A stretch of DNA of 64,000 bases from Lingula anatina (lineage: Eukaryota; Animalia; Brachiopoda). The stretch lies in assembly GCA_051362555.1 (NCBI GenBank), contig CM120642.1:13268001-13332000 (forward strand). Reading direction: 5' to 3'. A model generated the notes under the pieces. That model did not search any database, was not told the DNA's origin, and saw nothing but the letters and a program-made list of their open reading frames with translations. Every line of letters starts with the position of its first letter. Within the stretch, counting starts at the first letter, position 1. Made by a program: the position numbers and the translations under genes. Below, one piece after another: positions 34,601 to 50,581 of the stretch.

Positions 34601-37600
34601 ACCTGTTACAGCATGGCAACACTCCCCTACACTATGCAGCCTCAGGAGGCCATTACAATATAGGGTTAACACTACTAGCAGACAGGCAGATATCAATGCC
34701 ATCAACAAGGTAAAGGGTTCCTCATTTCCTTTTTTTTAATTTCAAAAAGATTCCTTTATTACTATATGTAAAATAAACCAGTAAACAACAAAACATTAAT
34801 TTAGCCTACTGGTAATGTTAGGAATCTAATCCAACCCCATTCAATCTAATATAATACATAACAATAAATAGCATAAGTCTCAAAATAGTAATTCGATCAG
34901 CTACACCTTCCTCATCTCTTATTGTAATGCTGCAATAACTTAATAGCATTACAGACTTTATGTTCTGTTTTACACCAACACCACCACTGCACTAAGCTAT
35001 TTCTAACATGATTTTTTGGAGTCCTATAAATTTAAAAGAAACTTGTCATTTCAGAATGGTCAAAATGCCCTCCACCTATCAAGTAGCCATGGACACCACA
35101 CTGTGGTCAAACTGCTACTGGACAATAACTGCAAACGGAAGGAAACTACACAGGTAAATATCAATGTGATAGCCTCGTATTCAATTTTTCAGCAATTTTA
35201 GGATATCTTTTATTTGTCACTATCTTTTAAGCTGATTTGAAAATTGGCACCAATGAAAATAGATAATAACAATGTAATTATGTAATCAGGTGTGTGTTAA
35301 AAATTAAGATTAAGGCTTCGTTCACATGCAATGTCTATTTTCTATTTTCTATTTTCGGTATGTCTTATGATCACGGTCTGTGCACTGAATATCCCGCCGC
35401 GTAATTACTGGCAGCGCGAGCCAGTTACTTATAGTAACTTATAGTAACTGGCTCGCGCTGCCAGTAATTACGCCGCGGGATATTCAGTGCACAGACCGTG
35501 ATCATAAGACATACCGAAAATAGAAAATAGAAAATAGAAAATAGACATTGCATGTGAACGAAGCCTAAATCTTCTTTACAATGGTTTTTGTCAATAATTT
35601 TTCATCAATAAAAATATACTATCAGATATATTATCAGATAAGACCAACATGTTCAGTAATTATAACCCCCATCCTCAACACCTTGCCTCAACTTTAGTCA
35701 CTTAACTTGACATACATGTAGCAGGCTGACAGTTGACTTTCTATTTCTCTCCATAAGGGTTAAAAATATACTGTATACATGTGAAAAGTTTCCAAAGTCT
35801 TAGTTAACTGCCTCAAATAAAGAACCTGACATGGATAGTCCCCTCTGAAATGTACATGAAGACATGGTGTTCTAAATAAATGACCAGTTATTTTTAGAAC
35901 AAAATCATTACATTAAAAATGGAATAAGGCAGAGGTGTCAGAATCTCCTCCGAGCGCAACCGAGATTCAATTATAGCTTTGGAAGTAACTCGCTCGCTCT
36001 GCTAGTTAATTACGGCGCAGGGTATTCAGGGCACAGACCGTGATCACTAGATACTGCCAATGGATTTTTGGCATTTGGATTTTTCATGTGAACGATGCCT
36101 AAAACTCCTATTCCACGTGCAGGGACAGGTCGAGCAATCATTATGGTTCTTGAGTGGGAGAAAATAGCTCCCCACCCTCTACTTACCCCTGGGAAAATTC
36201 ACTGTGGTTGGTAAATCCCGTATAGTATACCTTTAATTATACCCAGTATTTCTATATTTCCAGTATAGTGGCATGACGGCACTTCACCTGGCTAGCAAGA
36301 ATGGCCATGCAGAAGTGGTGAGATTGCTCCTGGAGGCTGGGGTAGATGATGTGATACTTGATATGGTGAGATATATATATATGTTTTATGTCTACAGTGA
36401 TGACACATTCACACTAAAACAAAACTGGCGAGAACACATCCCTAGTATTTACTGCTAGTTAACACAGAGAATATGAGTACACTCATTACCACCATGATGC
36501 ACCTAGGCTAATTTCCAGTCTAGTATTGGCCTGGACTAAATGTAGATTATGAATAAACATGAGAAACACACGCTGCTGACATGAGAAACACACACTGCTG
36601 TGTTTAATTATTTCAATGTCCACATTATCTGATACTATTTCTGTGATCCATCAAATTTAATAATGAGTCATAATTCAAAGTTAAAATGACTCCTAGCACA
36701 GGCATTCCAATGTTGAACAACATTTACATTTATTAATTTTTATTCATATTTATTCATTTATTATTATAATTATTATTTAATTTTAATTTTTGCCAGGTTA
36801 AGAAGTCAGCAGAATTTTATGCAGCCACTGAAGAAGTGCGTGCATTGTTTAGGAACCACAGGGCTGACATCTATAGTCCAGAAAATAATAACAACGATGA
36901 TAACAACGAGAAGATGAATGAACTTGTTGAACTGGAGTTAAAACAAAATGTTGTTATTTCAACTGAGCCTGAACATTCATTCAAAGATTGTGGCAATAAT
37001 GAAGATGAAATGGTAACCAGTACAGACAATGCCCAAAATGTTGTCAGCAGCCTGATCACTACTGCTGAAAATGATAGCAGAACTGATGAACGTCCAACTG
37101 AGAAGAAAGGAAGAGCATACAAATCAGATAAACAGAAAAACAATGGGGGTAGGACAGCTGGTTTCAAAGACAGGGCTGAGAACAAGAGCAAGAACTTTGT
37201 AACCAATCAAAAGATGGAGTTTTCTGAGGAGTACAAAGCCAAGATGAGGCTTAGTGTGTTTGACAGGCTAAACAAGAAATAAAATTGTGGAGCTGAAACA
37301 AAAATATTCAATTTTCCTCATCAAATTTTCAACAGAACCCACAGATGGCTATGCAGTATTCAAGTCCCATTATTCCAACTTGACGCGACAAACAGACATC
37401 AGTGAATGAACTATATAAAATTATAATGCTTCAAACGCATTTCAGATTTGCCTACCGTGCATTAAAATGCAAATTCTCTCCTCTTTTTCACAGCAATTCC
37501 CTTTGTGTTTAGGAGAAAAGCTATTGTTTCTTATATGTCTAACAACACATTGACACATTTAAAATACTGTAATGATGCTCACCCTAATTTGGATTGTAAT

Positions 37601-40600
37601 ACAAGACATAAAAACTTACAATTTTCTGTTGTGCAAGTTGCGTGAGAGCTTTCTCTGCTTGGTTTGCCTCCTGTAGAGACTGAACCTGGCTCTCTAAAGA
37701 CGTGACAGTGGCTCTCAGCTCGATCTCAATTTCCTGGGCAGCTTGTTTACCTTTGGCTAACTCCCTCTCAAGTTGTTTTCTCTGAAAAAAAAAAAAATTT
37801 TGTCAATGGTACTATCATCCAATTATTAGAAAAATAATCAGTGTAAAAATGATGTAATTTGTCACTTCTTCGGTCTTTTCCCCTTCTTTTTGAAGGCTTT
37901 GAACAGTGCTGATCTTTTTATTTTTAACATTCCGTTGTAAACAGATTTCCAATTTCATATGGGCCTTGTACAATATTATACTCTCCGTATATACTCTCTT
38001 GTATATACATCACCAAATGCCAAAAAGGACATTTACATTGACAAAAGACACAAAAACATTTCTCACCTCCAAAATATACCACTCAATCAGCCAAAAAAGA
38101 GTTATTTTGCAAAATACTAAATTACCAAGAGAGAGAGACCAAACACCAATCTGAACTTCTGCAATCACCTCCTTTTCCATCTGTGCATCTTTTTCTTTAA
38201 TCGTCTCCTGTGCCTCTGTCATCCTGCACTGAGCCACATCTGCCGCCTTCTCCAGCTGCTCTATTTGTGAGTGCAGGTTATGCCTCATCTCTGTCATGGC
38301 CTTCTGGGAGCTAGCAATCTCTTCATTGTCTTCTATGATTTTTGCATTTAAGTTGGAAACCTGTTAAGTTTAGAATCAGATAATATTATGTTATAATTCA
38401 GGCAACCATATGCATTGACCATGGGCATCTAATGAGTCATTTTTGTAGACTTACAGCCTATTATGACTTTTTAAATATTTGAGTTTACTTATTACAGAGC
38501 AAAATGTTTTGTTAGGCCATAACTGACCCAAAATCAGATTTTATACAAGTAAGGTATAAAATCTTTCAGATCAGTGCGCATGTGTGTGCATGTGCTTGTG
38601 TGTGTATGCATATCCCCACCTGCAGCTCCAACTGATGTATTTTTTCACTCCAAGCCGACTTCACTTCTGTCAACTGCTGCCTGGTTTCTGATAACTTGGC
38701 TTCTAAACTATCTCTCTGAAATGTACACAGTGATAACTACTGTAAAGGTTAAATCAAATTTCAGCTCTATTAATCTCAAGGTAAAACACCCCTTCCATGT
38801 CCATATTGCCATGATTTTAAGAATTGTTCAATCTGTAACCTAGACAATGCGAACCACAATAATCAAGGAGCTGCAAACTTTCCTCTGTTCAATTCTGACA
38901 AGTATATCTATAACAATAATATTATCAACCATTTATCACTGAAATCAGACAAAGCCATTCAAAAGCAATACAATCAACAAACAAGAAGTATCTACTTTAT
39001 GAAACAGATATGTAGCTCATTCTTGGTACCTCTTTCTCAAGAGCTGCACTTCTTTCATCCCCTGAGAGCTCTCCGTCTTTCAGCCTCTGTTCCAAAATAT
39101 GCGTTCTCTCCTCCAGATGAGTAATGTGTTCAGATTTCTCCTCAAGAAGACTGGTTGTCTGGAATAAACATCATGATGATAATTCTTGTTAATCCTACAT
39201 CCTAGAGATAAAACATTTAACCAGACCTACTGAAAACATTGAAACAGTTCATGGAGCTTGTGCCATTGAAGTAAAATATAATTCACATCAATCATAACAA
39301 ATCCAAAATATAGCATTTAGCATGTAATGGCTGACAAGAATGTCTATTTTCACATAAATAATAAAACATATGTAGTTACAGTCAGTTAAAAAATCAATGA
39401 AGAAAAACTCCAATCACTGTTCTCTTCACACAAAATAAGACATAAAATACCTTATTTCTATACTGTTCACTGTTCCTCTGCAGTGTTTGATGTTCTCCTT
39501 GTAGACTTATATAAGACGACTCCACTTTGGACAGCTGGCTGCTTTTCTAAGGACAGAAATTGTTTTATATTTTACTTCATTAAAAAACAAACATACCTAA
39601 GAAAGAGAGAAATTGGCCAATCTGACTGAAACTATTAGATGTCCATTTCACTGTTCGGAAATGTGTTGATTTAAGGCCAACATACCCAACTCATGCACAA
39701 GCTTAAAATGCTGCACTAAAAATCTATTTAGTAAATGGTACCTCAGATAACTCTTCTTTCAAAGTTTTAACTTGAGTTTCAAGCTCCTTCTGAGTTGACA
39801 CTAAATTATCTATCTCTGCCCTGAAAAGATAAATGATATAGAATAAGAAATAAAACCCCTAGTTTTTGTCAATTGACTATTTAATGAAAACGCTTTCAGA
39901 AATTATCTGCTTAATTATTGTGTCACAACTCCAGATTTTTCCTAACATGATATACGTAGACTACCAAGTTTTTAAACATGAAATAAACCCACCTCTTCTC
40001 ATCTAATTCAGTCTGGGATTTGCTCAGGTCTGCTTGCACATTAAGTAACTGCAACAAATCATGATTATTACACAATAATTACACAAGAATTGTTTCAATC
40101 ATACAGTATGGAAAATGCACCGAACCCTTTTATGCGATAAAAAATAATTTGAATTAGTGAATAAAATGAATAACTTATTTATACTTCACTTACACATGAA
40201 CTAAACATATCAATTATGCATGCTCAAGAAATACAACTTTGAAAAAATAAACAAAATACCAACCATATGTTTGACTTTGGCAATTTCCTGTGTTGTCAAC
40301 CCTTCAAACTCTTCATTTTCCTCTTCACGCTTACACAGTTTCTTCTGATACTCCATTGCCTCTTTTAGACGAGCTTCTAAATCTGTTTTTTCCTGGTGGG
40401 TGGAAAGATTCTTGCAATATATATAGCATCTTTTATTACAAAACATATTTGAACCAATTTACATATTTCTTCCCATCTATCTGTACATTTATCTATCTTT
40501 TTGTCAAATCAAATTTAATCAAATTTCTTCTGTTGGTTATAACAGAAAAAGACAAGTTTTCAAAAAGTCTTATTAAAATTACATTACATTTATGACAGTT

Positions 40601-42732
40601 TCTAAAGTAGATAAAGTAGGTCGTCATTCTGCATGTAAAGAAAGGAAGTTTTGAAACTGATCAACTTTTTTACTCAAATTCAAATGGGCCAGTTGTGAAA
40701 AGAGCAAATACAACAGAATATACTGAGGTTCTAAAGGTAGAAAGTTTGCAAAGGATTGTGTAATTTTGACAACATACAAAAAATCACCCGCAGAGGTTGA
40801 AGTGGTGGTTTAATTAGCAGACAACAGTATGCCCACTAAGGTTTCAACCCACTACAATGGCTTTAAATATTATCATTTACCTGTTGTATTGCATCTATCT
40901 GCTCTTTTGTCTCCTGCAATAAAAATGGCCATAAATATAACCAAGGGTAAATGCAGTCTATTTCAGATAACTACCTGGTCTTTATCTTTTTATATAATTT
41001 TCTAGTCTACAAAATATTTACAGTTTAATGTTAAAGAGTTTCTACAACATTCAGTTGAATGTATATTCTAATACCTTATTGTTAAAACATCCATAATTGA
41101 GCTTGTTTTGATGAAGGTAATATACCTACCTCATCTTTTTTCTGCAGGGCCATTGTAAACCCTTCAGTCATCTTGTTGCGATTTGACTGGTACTGCTCAT
41201 TTAATTCCTGTATGCGCTTAGATGAAGCTGGGAAACAATGTAGACATGTCAGCAACAGCTGAGCCATTTAACATGCATATTTAACTAGTTAACATGTGGA
41301 TTCAAATGTAGAGCTTTTAAAAAGAATCTCCCAAAACTACATTTCTCCTGATCTTTTTAGTTGCATTTTTAATATGTAATATTTCGACAAGCAAGCAACA
41401 TTTTTATCCATTTTATAATGATGAAACATCACAAACATGGCTATTTAATGTGATTCTCATAGATAAGTAGCCAGTCTTCTTTATTTGTATCCATTAACAA
41501 TACAGAAAGTACACCATACTGTCAGTTTGTTTCTCCAATGTCTGCTCCAACTTCTCTACAGTTCTGGTCCTCTCCTTCAGTAAACTAGTGTACTCTGAAA
41601 TGATCACAAAAATGTGAAATGTTACTGTATATTAACCGGCCGGGGTTTAATTTCATATATACTTTTAGTTTTGAAATGTTGTCCGAGTTATGATCACTGC
41701 TTGTGTTCATAAAACTTATGCCCAGTGGTGCATCATGTGACAAGACTGAGGTTACTGTAATCATGCTCTTAACCCAGTTCAATGCCTCAGTAAAGACTGC
41801 TTATCCTGGTGTGATGTGCCATTTTAGATGATCTTTAATATGACAAATATGACTTGTAAAACCCTTTTTCAAAACTTGCTTACTTAAAACAGGTCTTCCA
41901 TGGTATCACAAATCTATGTATTAAATTTTTAAAAAAATTACCTGCAACTTGTGCTTCAAGTTTCTTGACTTGTTCAGTCCTCTTGACTAGCATAGACATA
42001 ACTTCCTCCTTAGTTCCTGCCTCCTTATTCTGAAAGTAAAAAATCAGATTATTGAAACTTGAGTGTGACCCTGCACACAAAAATTAAGCAAGCAACCTCT
42101 CTTTGCCAACCTACTCCATAGTGACACACCAACGATCACCAGTCATATTAAATCTCCTTAATCTTAACAAATATCTAGTGCACCAAAATCAAGAAGTGTA
42201 TCCAGGAATGAAATATCATAAAAACTAAATCACTAATTAAGAAACACTTATTTGTTAAAAATCAATACACAGTAATGTATTCACACATACTTCTTCTGAT
42301 GTACCACTGGTCCCAGAATCATTATCCTTATTCTCACCATCCTTCTTTCTTGTGGGGAATGAAAACCCTATTGGGAAAGACAAAAGTGGCAATGTCTCAC
42401 CTTTAAAAATATAGCATAAAGTAATGCAAAGGGTCAATAGTCACCATAAACTACAAACATTTATGAAAATATAATAAATATCCTTGCTTGTAACTATTCC
42501 AATGCTTTAAAGAACATCTTATTTTTTCCAAAGAAGGAAATGGTGAAAGGAGAAAAATACAGCCATAAATTATATTTTATCATTCACTGATAATGCTTCC
42601 ATAGAGTATTTTCTTCATTTAACTATTACCTGATTTAGCAACAGGACTGGGCTGTCCATGTACAGAAGGAAGACCAGCCTTTTCAGGTTCTCCTCCTTCC
42701 TCTTGAATTTTTTTCTTCAATTTAGCGAACAT
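25675..42732 (-). CDS. GOLGA1: Golgin-97 / golgin subfamily A member 1 (coiled coil plus C-terminal GRIP domain), about 20 coding exons
   Basis: N-terminus [12 protein letters not shown] (ATG at 42732). Internal coiled-coil exons such as QEIAKVKHM (about 40263-40393) and [23 protein letters not shown] domain [20 protein letters not shown] | [35 protein letters not shown], stop at 25675-25677. Both termini match what I recall of golgin-97. Confidence 0.92.
28599..31501 (-). mobile_element. Non-autonomous Helentron-associated element (HINE/DINE-1-like) with a central 146-bp tandem array
   Basis: 14-bp subterminal inverted repeat ATTGTACCACCAGC (28633-28646) / GCTGGTGGTACAAT (31488-31501), plus a nearby IR copy TGTACCGCCAGC at about 31470. 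Hairpin GAGGCG-ATAC-CGCCTC (28612-28627), CTAG terminus next to a T-run on the minus strand, GGCGGAGCC/CGGAC microsatellite at about 31415-31460. Confidence 0.8.
28803..30517. repeat. 146-bp tandem repeat, about 12 copies
   Basis: Unit starts (GTAGGTCAA, one GTAGGACAA) at 28803, 28947, 29093, 29239, 29385, 29531, 29677, 29823, 29969, 30115, 30261 and 30407. Confidence 0.95.
33831..37282 (+). pseudogene. Nested antisense ankyrin-repeat gene inside a GOLGA1 intron; 1-nt frameshift in exon 3 (pseudogene, null allele or assembly error)
   Basis: GCCAAC ATG|gtaag (33831-33833), 34307-34447 (TYYIPAG...[26 protein letters not shown]), 34612-34709 ([22 protein letters not shown], then [11 protein letters not shown] in a shifted frame; 98 nt rather than 99), 35055-35153, 36264-36365, 36797-37282 (acidic/basic low-complexity tail). 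Confidence 0.75.
35314..35565. mobile_element. Near-perfect 252-bp palindromic MITE, PIF/Harbinger-like
   Basis: TAA|GGCTTCGTTCACATGCAATG ... CATTGCATGTGAACGAAGCC|TAA. The arms pair over about 115 bp with one mismatch and one extra AAATAG unit. A decayed related arm lies at about 35985-36099. Confidence 0.85.
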
Positions 42733-43729
42733 CTTTGCTGGGCTCTAACTCATCAGTAAACTGTAAATAAAAACATGAAATGCTTTTGTTTTAAAACATC
42801 TTGCTTTCCATGGCAAAGTGCCAATACAATACATATATTTTAAATGAATAATTTAATTTGCTCAAATCAAACCAGCATATATTCCTACTGATATTGTAAT
42901 ACCTCAAATTCAAGGCTTAACCCACTCAAATATTGATGCATGGAAAGTGGTTGTGTCTCTATTAACATAGGTAAAACAAACAATATTGTTATTTTTTATT
43001 CTTATTGTACTGGGGGATTTCTAGTAATACACTATGCATTTTATATTAATTAATACTGTTGGTCAATACCCCATCTACAATACTGCTATGGCTTGTATCA
43101 TAATCCTTCAGTAAAAGTATATGCACAAGGTTTTCTTTGCGTATTGTAGACAAGTATGGCAGTCGTGGGTGGTTTTATGTGGTTTTCAGGCATATTCACC
43201 TGGTTTCTTAATCATATGGCGATTTTAACGACCCTCATTTATTAACCAATCAAGGTGACAGCTGAGCGTGAGTATAAGCATTATTTATTGTGTGGTCTGC
43301 GTAATTCTTATGTGTCTGTTTTGTTTTAGTTTTAACCTCTGTTGTGTATAACTGCCATTAATATACCTGTAACCTTGAACCCTTGATACATGGAACGCTC
43401 AGGTGGCATTAAAATAAAAACACCCGTTACTTGCAATGGGTCCAAACCAGCTTCAAATGATAGTCTAACTCAAAAAATTCAACAGAAGTCAGCTAAAGTA
43501 AGTGAAACGCATCATTAGGTTGTTTTTCACGGATGAAGAAGAACATAACGGGGGTTTAATAAAGTTAAGTTACACAGTGAAGGTAGTAATTGAATTCTGT
43601 CATCCCAATCAGATCATGATAACGAGCCGTTTCAGAAGCACATTTAACTCACCCAATTTTCTGCACTGGTTTCAAATCTAGTGATGGTATATGGCAAAAT
43701 GTTACGTAGCATACCTCTAAATTATTTAC

Positions 43730-45596
43730 CTTAAATGTGAAGCAGCTATTGCGAATCAAACAGCCGTCCCTATCTTCATGATTCAGCTTTGGTAACTTGG
43801 CTGTCGTGTTGTCATTAATCTGCACATGTGTATTGCGCAGCCTGTGTTACTTCCGGTATTTCCGGTAAAGATGTGATGCTCGCGGTCGCGCGCAAAATAA
43901 ATAAATAAATATATCCGTGATTTTTTGTACGAGCGTATACAGCGGGAACAAGGGAAGATAAGTGTGTCACTCTGGCCTGTGATCTGTGCGGCCAATGCGA
44001 ATAACAGAGAAAGGCTGTTTTCGACTGTAGTTAAGGGAAAAAGGGAGACAGAGGGGGTTTACTTTAGTTCGTTATGCGAGAGCAGCAGTGAACTGGTTCT
44101 TCCTATCGCTGTCTTTATAAAATAAAAATACAACCTTCCAACTTTTTTCTGGAGTCTCTATTTCCAAGTATTTCCCGTATTTATATGAAATAAAAATTAT
44201 ATGAAAGACCCGTTTCTTGCACTTGCCACTGTAGCTCTATGTATTTTTTAAAATTAAAACGAAGTAGGCCTAAACTTCACTAGAAAGGCGAAAAAACAAA
44301 ATCAAATTGTTTTCAGCATCATTTCCCCTATTTTTGAGTAAACATTCACTATAACTTAGCCTGGTGTATGTAGAAAACGCGTGCGTCGTGTAATAAATTG
44401 TGGTACTGTATACACACCCATGATGAAAATGTACCTCAGACACGGGAAAATATTAAAGTTAAAATGCATTTTCCAGGAAAATATCAACTGTAAAAACAAA
44501 GCTGCGCAAAACACGGCAATATTCACACAAAGTTATTACAATGTCAAGAAACCTTGTATGTTTTGTTACAAAAACGTTACTTCTTATGACATAATTAAAA
44601 AGAGAAAAAATTAATACCCCGTTTAATTGTCACACTCTTAAACGTTTTTTTTTTTTAAACAAATTTAAGATTATGTATTCATGAGCCTATAAAACAAAAT
44701 GCGACGCTTTAAAAAAGGGGTAAACATGGTTGTATCTGACTTAACCAGTTTTTGCAGTTTGTTGATGAATCTCTCTGATCTGTGACTGAGTCAAACAGCC
44801 TGTCTCACGGACCTCAGATCATCCAGTACTGTACATGTACATCCTTGCAGCATCGATGGATCGACGTACTGAGTAGGCCTACTATATATGTACACCGCAT
44901 ATACTCTATACATGGGTTTACCCGCCAGAATGCATTTTCTCAGGAAAAAAGGATGCATTTTTCTCATTCTCAATCATTGCACGCTCGGCTCGTCCCTGCA
45001 CTTGGATTCGGCGTTTGGTAATTTAGTTCTTAATTATTGGCCAGTCATTTACATGTATAACGTTATCTTCCTGTAAGCCCTACATTTCAGAAGGAACTTT
45101 TATTTGAAGGGTTATGTATTTTTAATCATCTGAATTCGCTGTAAATTGGGAAAAATGACCGAGTAGTTTTGCAGGATATGTACACATAGAAAATATGCCT
45201 TTGCGAATTTTTCAAACCGGTGCAGTAGGCCTATCCCGTAACTGGGCCCTGTTGTTGCACCCTAAAACCAGTGCGTTTTATTTTGAATTTCTCCTCTACT
45301 GTTTGTAATATAAAGAAAAGGAGCATGTGGAGAGCAGCGATTTTCTGAAGTAAATATATAGCGTGTTTTCAAAACTTAAATCCACACTCATAAGTTCAAT
45401 GGCCTTCAGCGATAAACTTCACCAGTGTTGTGCTGCAACTGTGTGCAACAGTCAGGATATCGATGCGCAGTATTACCCTTTCTTATGTGGATATTTGTTG
45501 TTGTTGCAAGCGACATGTAGCAAATCCAATATGGTGAATCGGAAGAGAAGACCTTTGTTAAGTTACATCGTAATGATGACTGAAGTCTAGTATATC
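43730..45596. promoter_or_regulatory. Divergent promoter interval GOLGA1 / TMEM185
   Basis: CpG-rich relative to the flanking gene bodies. ETS-like ACTTCCGGT/ATTTCCGGT at about 43849-43866, TCGCGGTCGCGCGC at about 43880, and minus-strand donors for a GOLGA1 5'UTR exon near 43652 and 43729. Confidence 0.55.
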
Positions 45597-48983
<3,387 letters not shown>

Positions 48984-49765
48984 ACTGCATTACAGACTGA
49001 AAATTGACCTTATTTGCATCATTGGTTGACAAGGTTATAGGGAGAATTTAGGCCGCATTTCCAGTCAGGTTGGGAAGGCTGGACTTAATGCGGAATATCC
49101 CAGCAGTCTGTGTGATGAGGATTTCTTAACATAGACAGTTACTGTAATATCACTTGGCTTGCCTCAGTCACAGTTGGAGGTGGGTGGGATAATGACCAGA
49201 TACATGTGAGATTGACTTCTTTAAGGTTAAAAATTGTAATCATGTGGTGTGCTGAGATGGTTTGAAAATCACCTCAGGATATCTGTGGAAAGAGGGGTGG
49301 AAGATATTAGGATTGCAACCTAAGTACGGGTTTTGTGGAGCATTTTTTATCTGAACAAGAAGAGATTTAAATTGGCAATTGGTTAAGTATTGTATCCAGT
49401 GATGTAAGTGAGACTCATTCCCTGTCAAGATAGGTCCTGTCTAAATGTTGCTTTAGTCTTTTATATTGTCATTATATTGTAAGCAAGTGTATATTATTTA
49501 TTAGTGACATTTTTTGGTTCATCTATGCTTTTATATTGATATAATACACACAGCATTCCTTTATATATATATATGTATATATAATGAAAACTATGCTTTA
49601 ATGATACAAAACCATAATATTATGAGTGACAAATAAAAAGCTGCGCTTGCATATTACCGGACATAAGTATCAAAATATTTCAGGTAAAAAAGACGGATAA
49701 TTCTTCATGTGGTGTTTTAGTTTAATTTAATTTGTAGGTCCTAAATATTTATGAAGCTATAAAAA

Positions 49766-49870
49766 AAGGACAAGTGTATGTCAAGGACAAGTGTATGTTA
49801 AGGACAAGTGTATGTCAAGGACAAGTGTATGTTAAGGACAAGTGTATGTTAAGGACAAGTGTATGTTAAG
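49766..49870. repeat. 17-bp minisatellite (AAGGACAAGTGTATGTY) x6
   Basis: Directly visible downstream of the TMEM185 stop. Confidence 0.92.
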
Positions 49871-50412
49871 TAATAGATAAAGCACAGATTGTGTAGCTTT
49901 TTGCCAAATAGGCTACTTGATAATTGGCACCAGGACAACTATATTTCTTAAAGCTTCATGACAAGTGCTTCATGTGACTTAAACTGTAGTTAAAGTGGAT
50001 AGCATTCTGTAATGCCATGCTCTATTCTTTGTATTTTTGCATGCTGTGCCTTTACGTAAATAGTGCACAGCCCAACCCATTGTTTTCTGCTTGAACCATG
50101 GTTAACTTAAGTATTTAAAAGAGTCCATGTTAGTGAGAGAAGAAAATGGTGATCTTCGACAACAGAGCTTACTACAAAATGTAGCAATGTTAATGGAGGG
50201 AGAGAACGAGAGAGAAAGAGGTGTGATATAAGAACAATTGTACTTAAGGGGCAGTGCATAAGTGAAGTACATTGATGATACGGGAAGCAGTACATGGCTC
50301 TTGTATACAGACATTGGAAAAGAAAAAGGGAAACAGTTTGTGATATGAATAAAATGTATATAGACAGTGATACACTATCAAGGGCAATGTGAAATGGCAA
50401 AATAGAATGTAG

Positions 50413-50581
50413 CAGGCCCGTAGCCAGGGGGGGTTCAGGGGGTTCGAAAGAACCGCCCCTTTTGCTGGGAAAAGGTCCATTCTGGGTAAAATTTGATCTA
50501 GGTACATATAGTTTTTATGGAAAAAGGTCCACTTTTTCAAAAAAAAGAACCCCCCTTTTGAAATTGCTGGCTACGGGCCTA
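50413..50581. mobile_element. CAGGCCCGTAGCCAG-terminated MITE with 5-bp TSD TGTAG
   Basis: TGTAG|CAGGCCCGTAGCCAG ... CTGGCTACGGGCCTA|TGTAG (terminal G changed to A). Confidence 0.7.

Noticed and set aside
36120-36191. CAGGG...CCCCTG fragment as another MITE
   Set aside because: TIRs are too degenerate and no TSD is visible.
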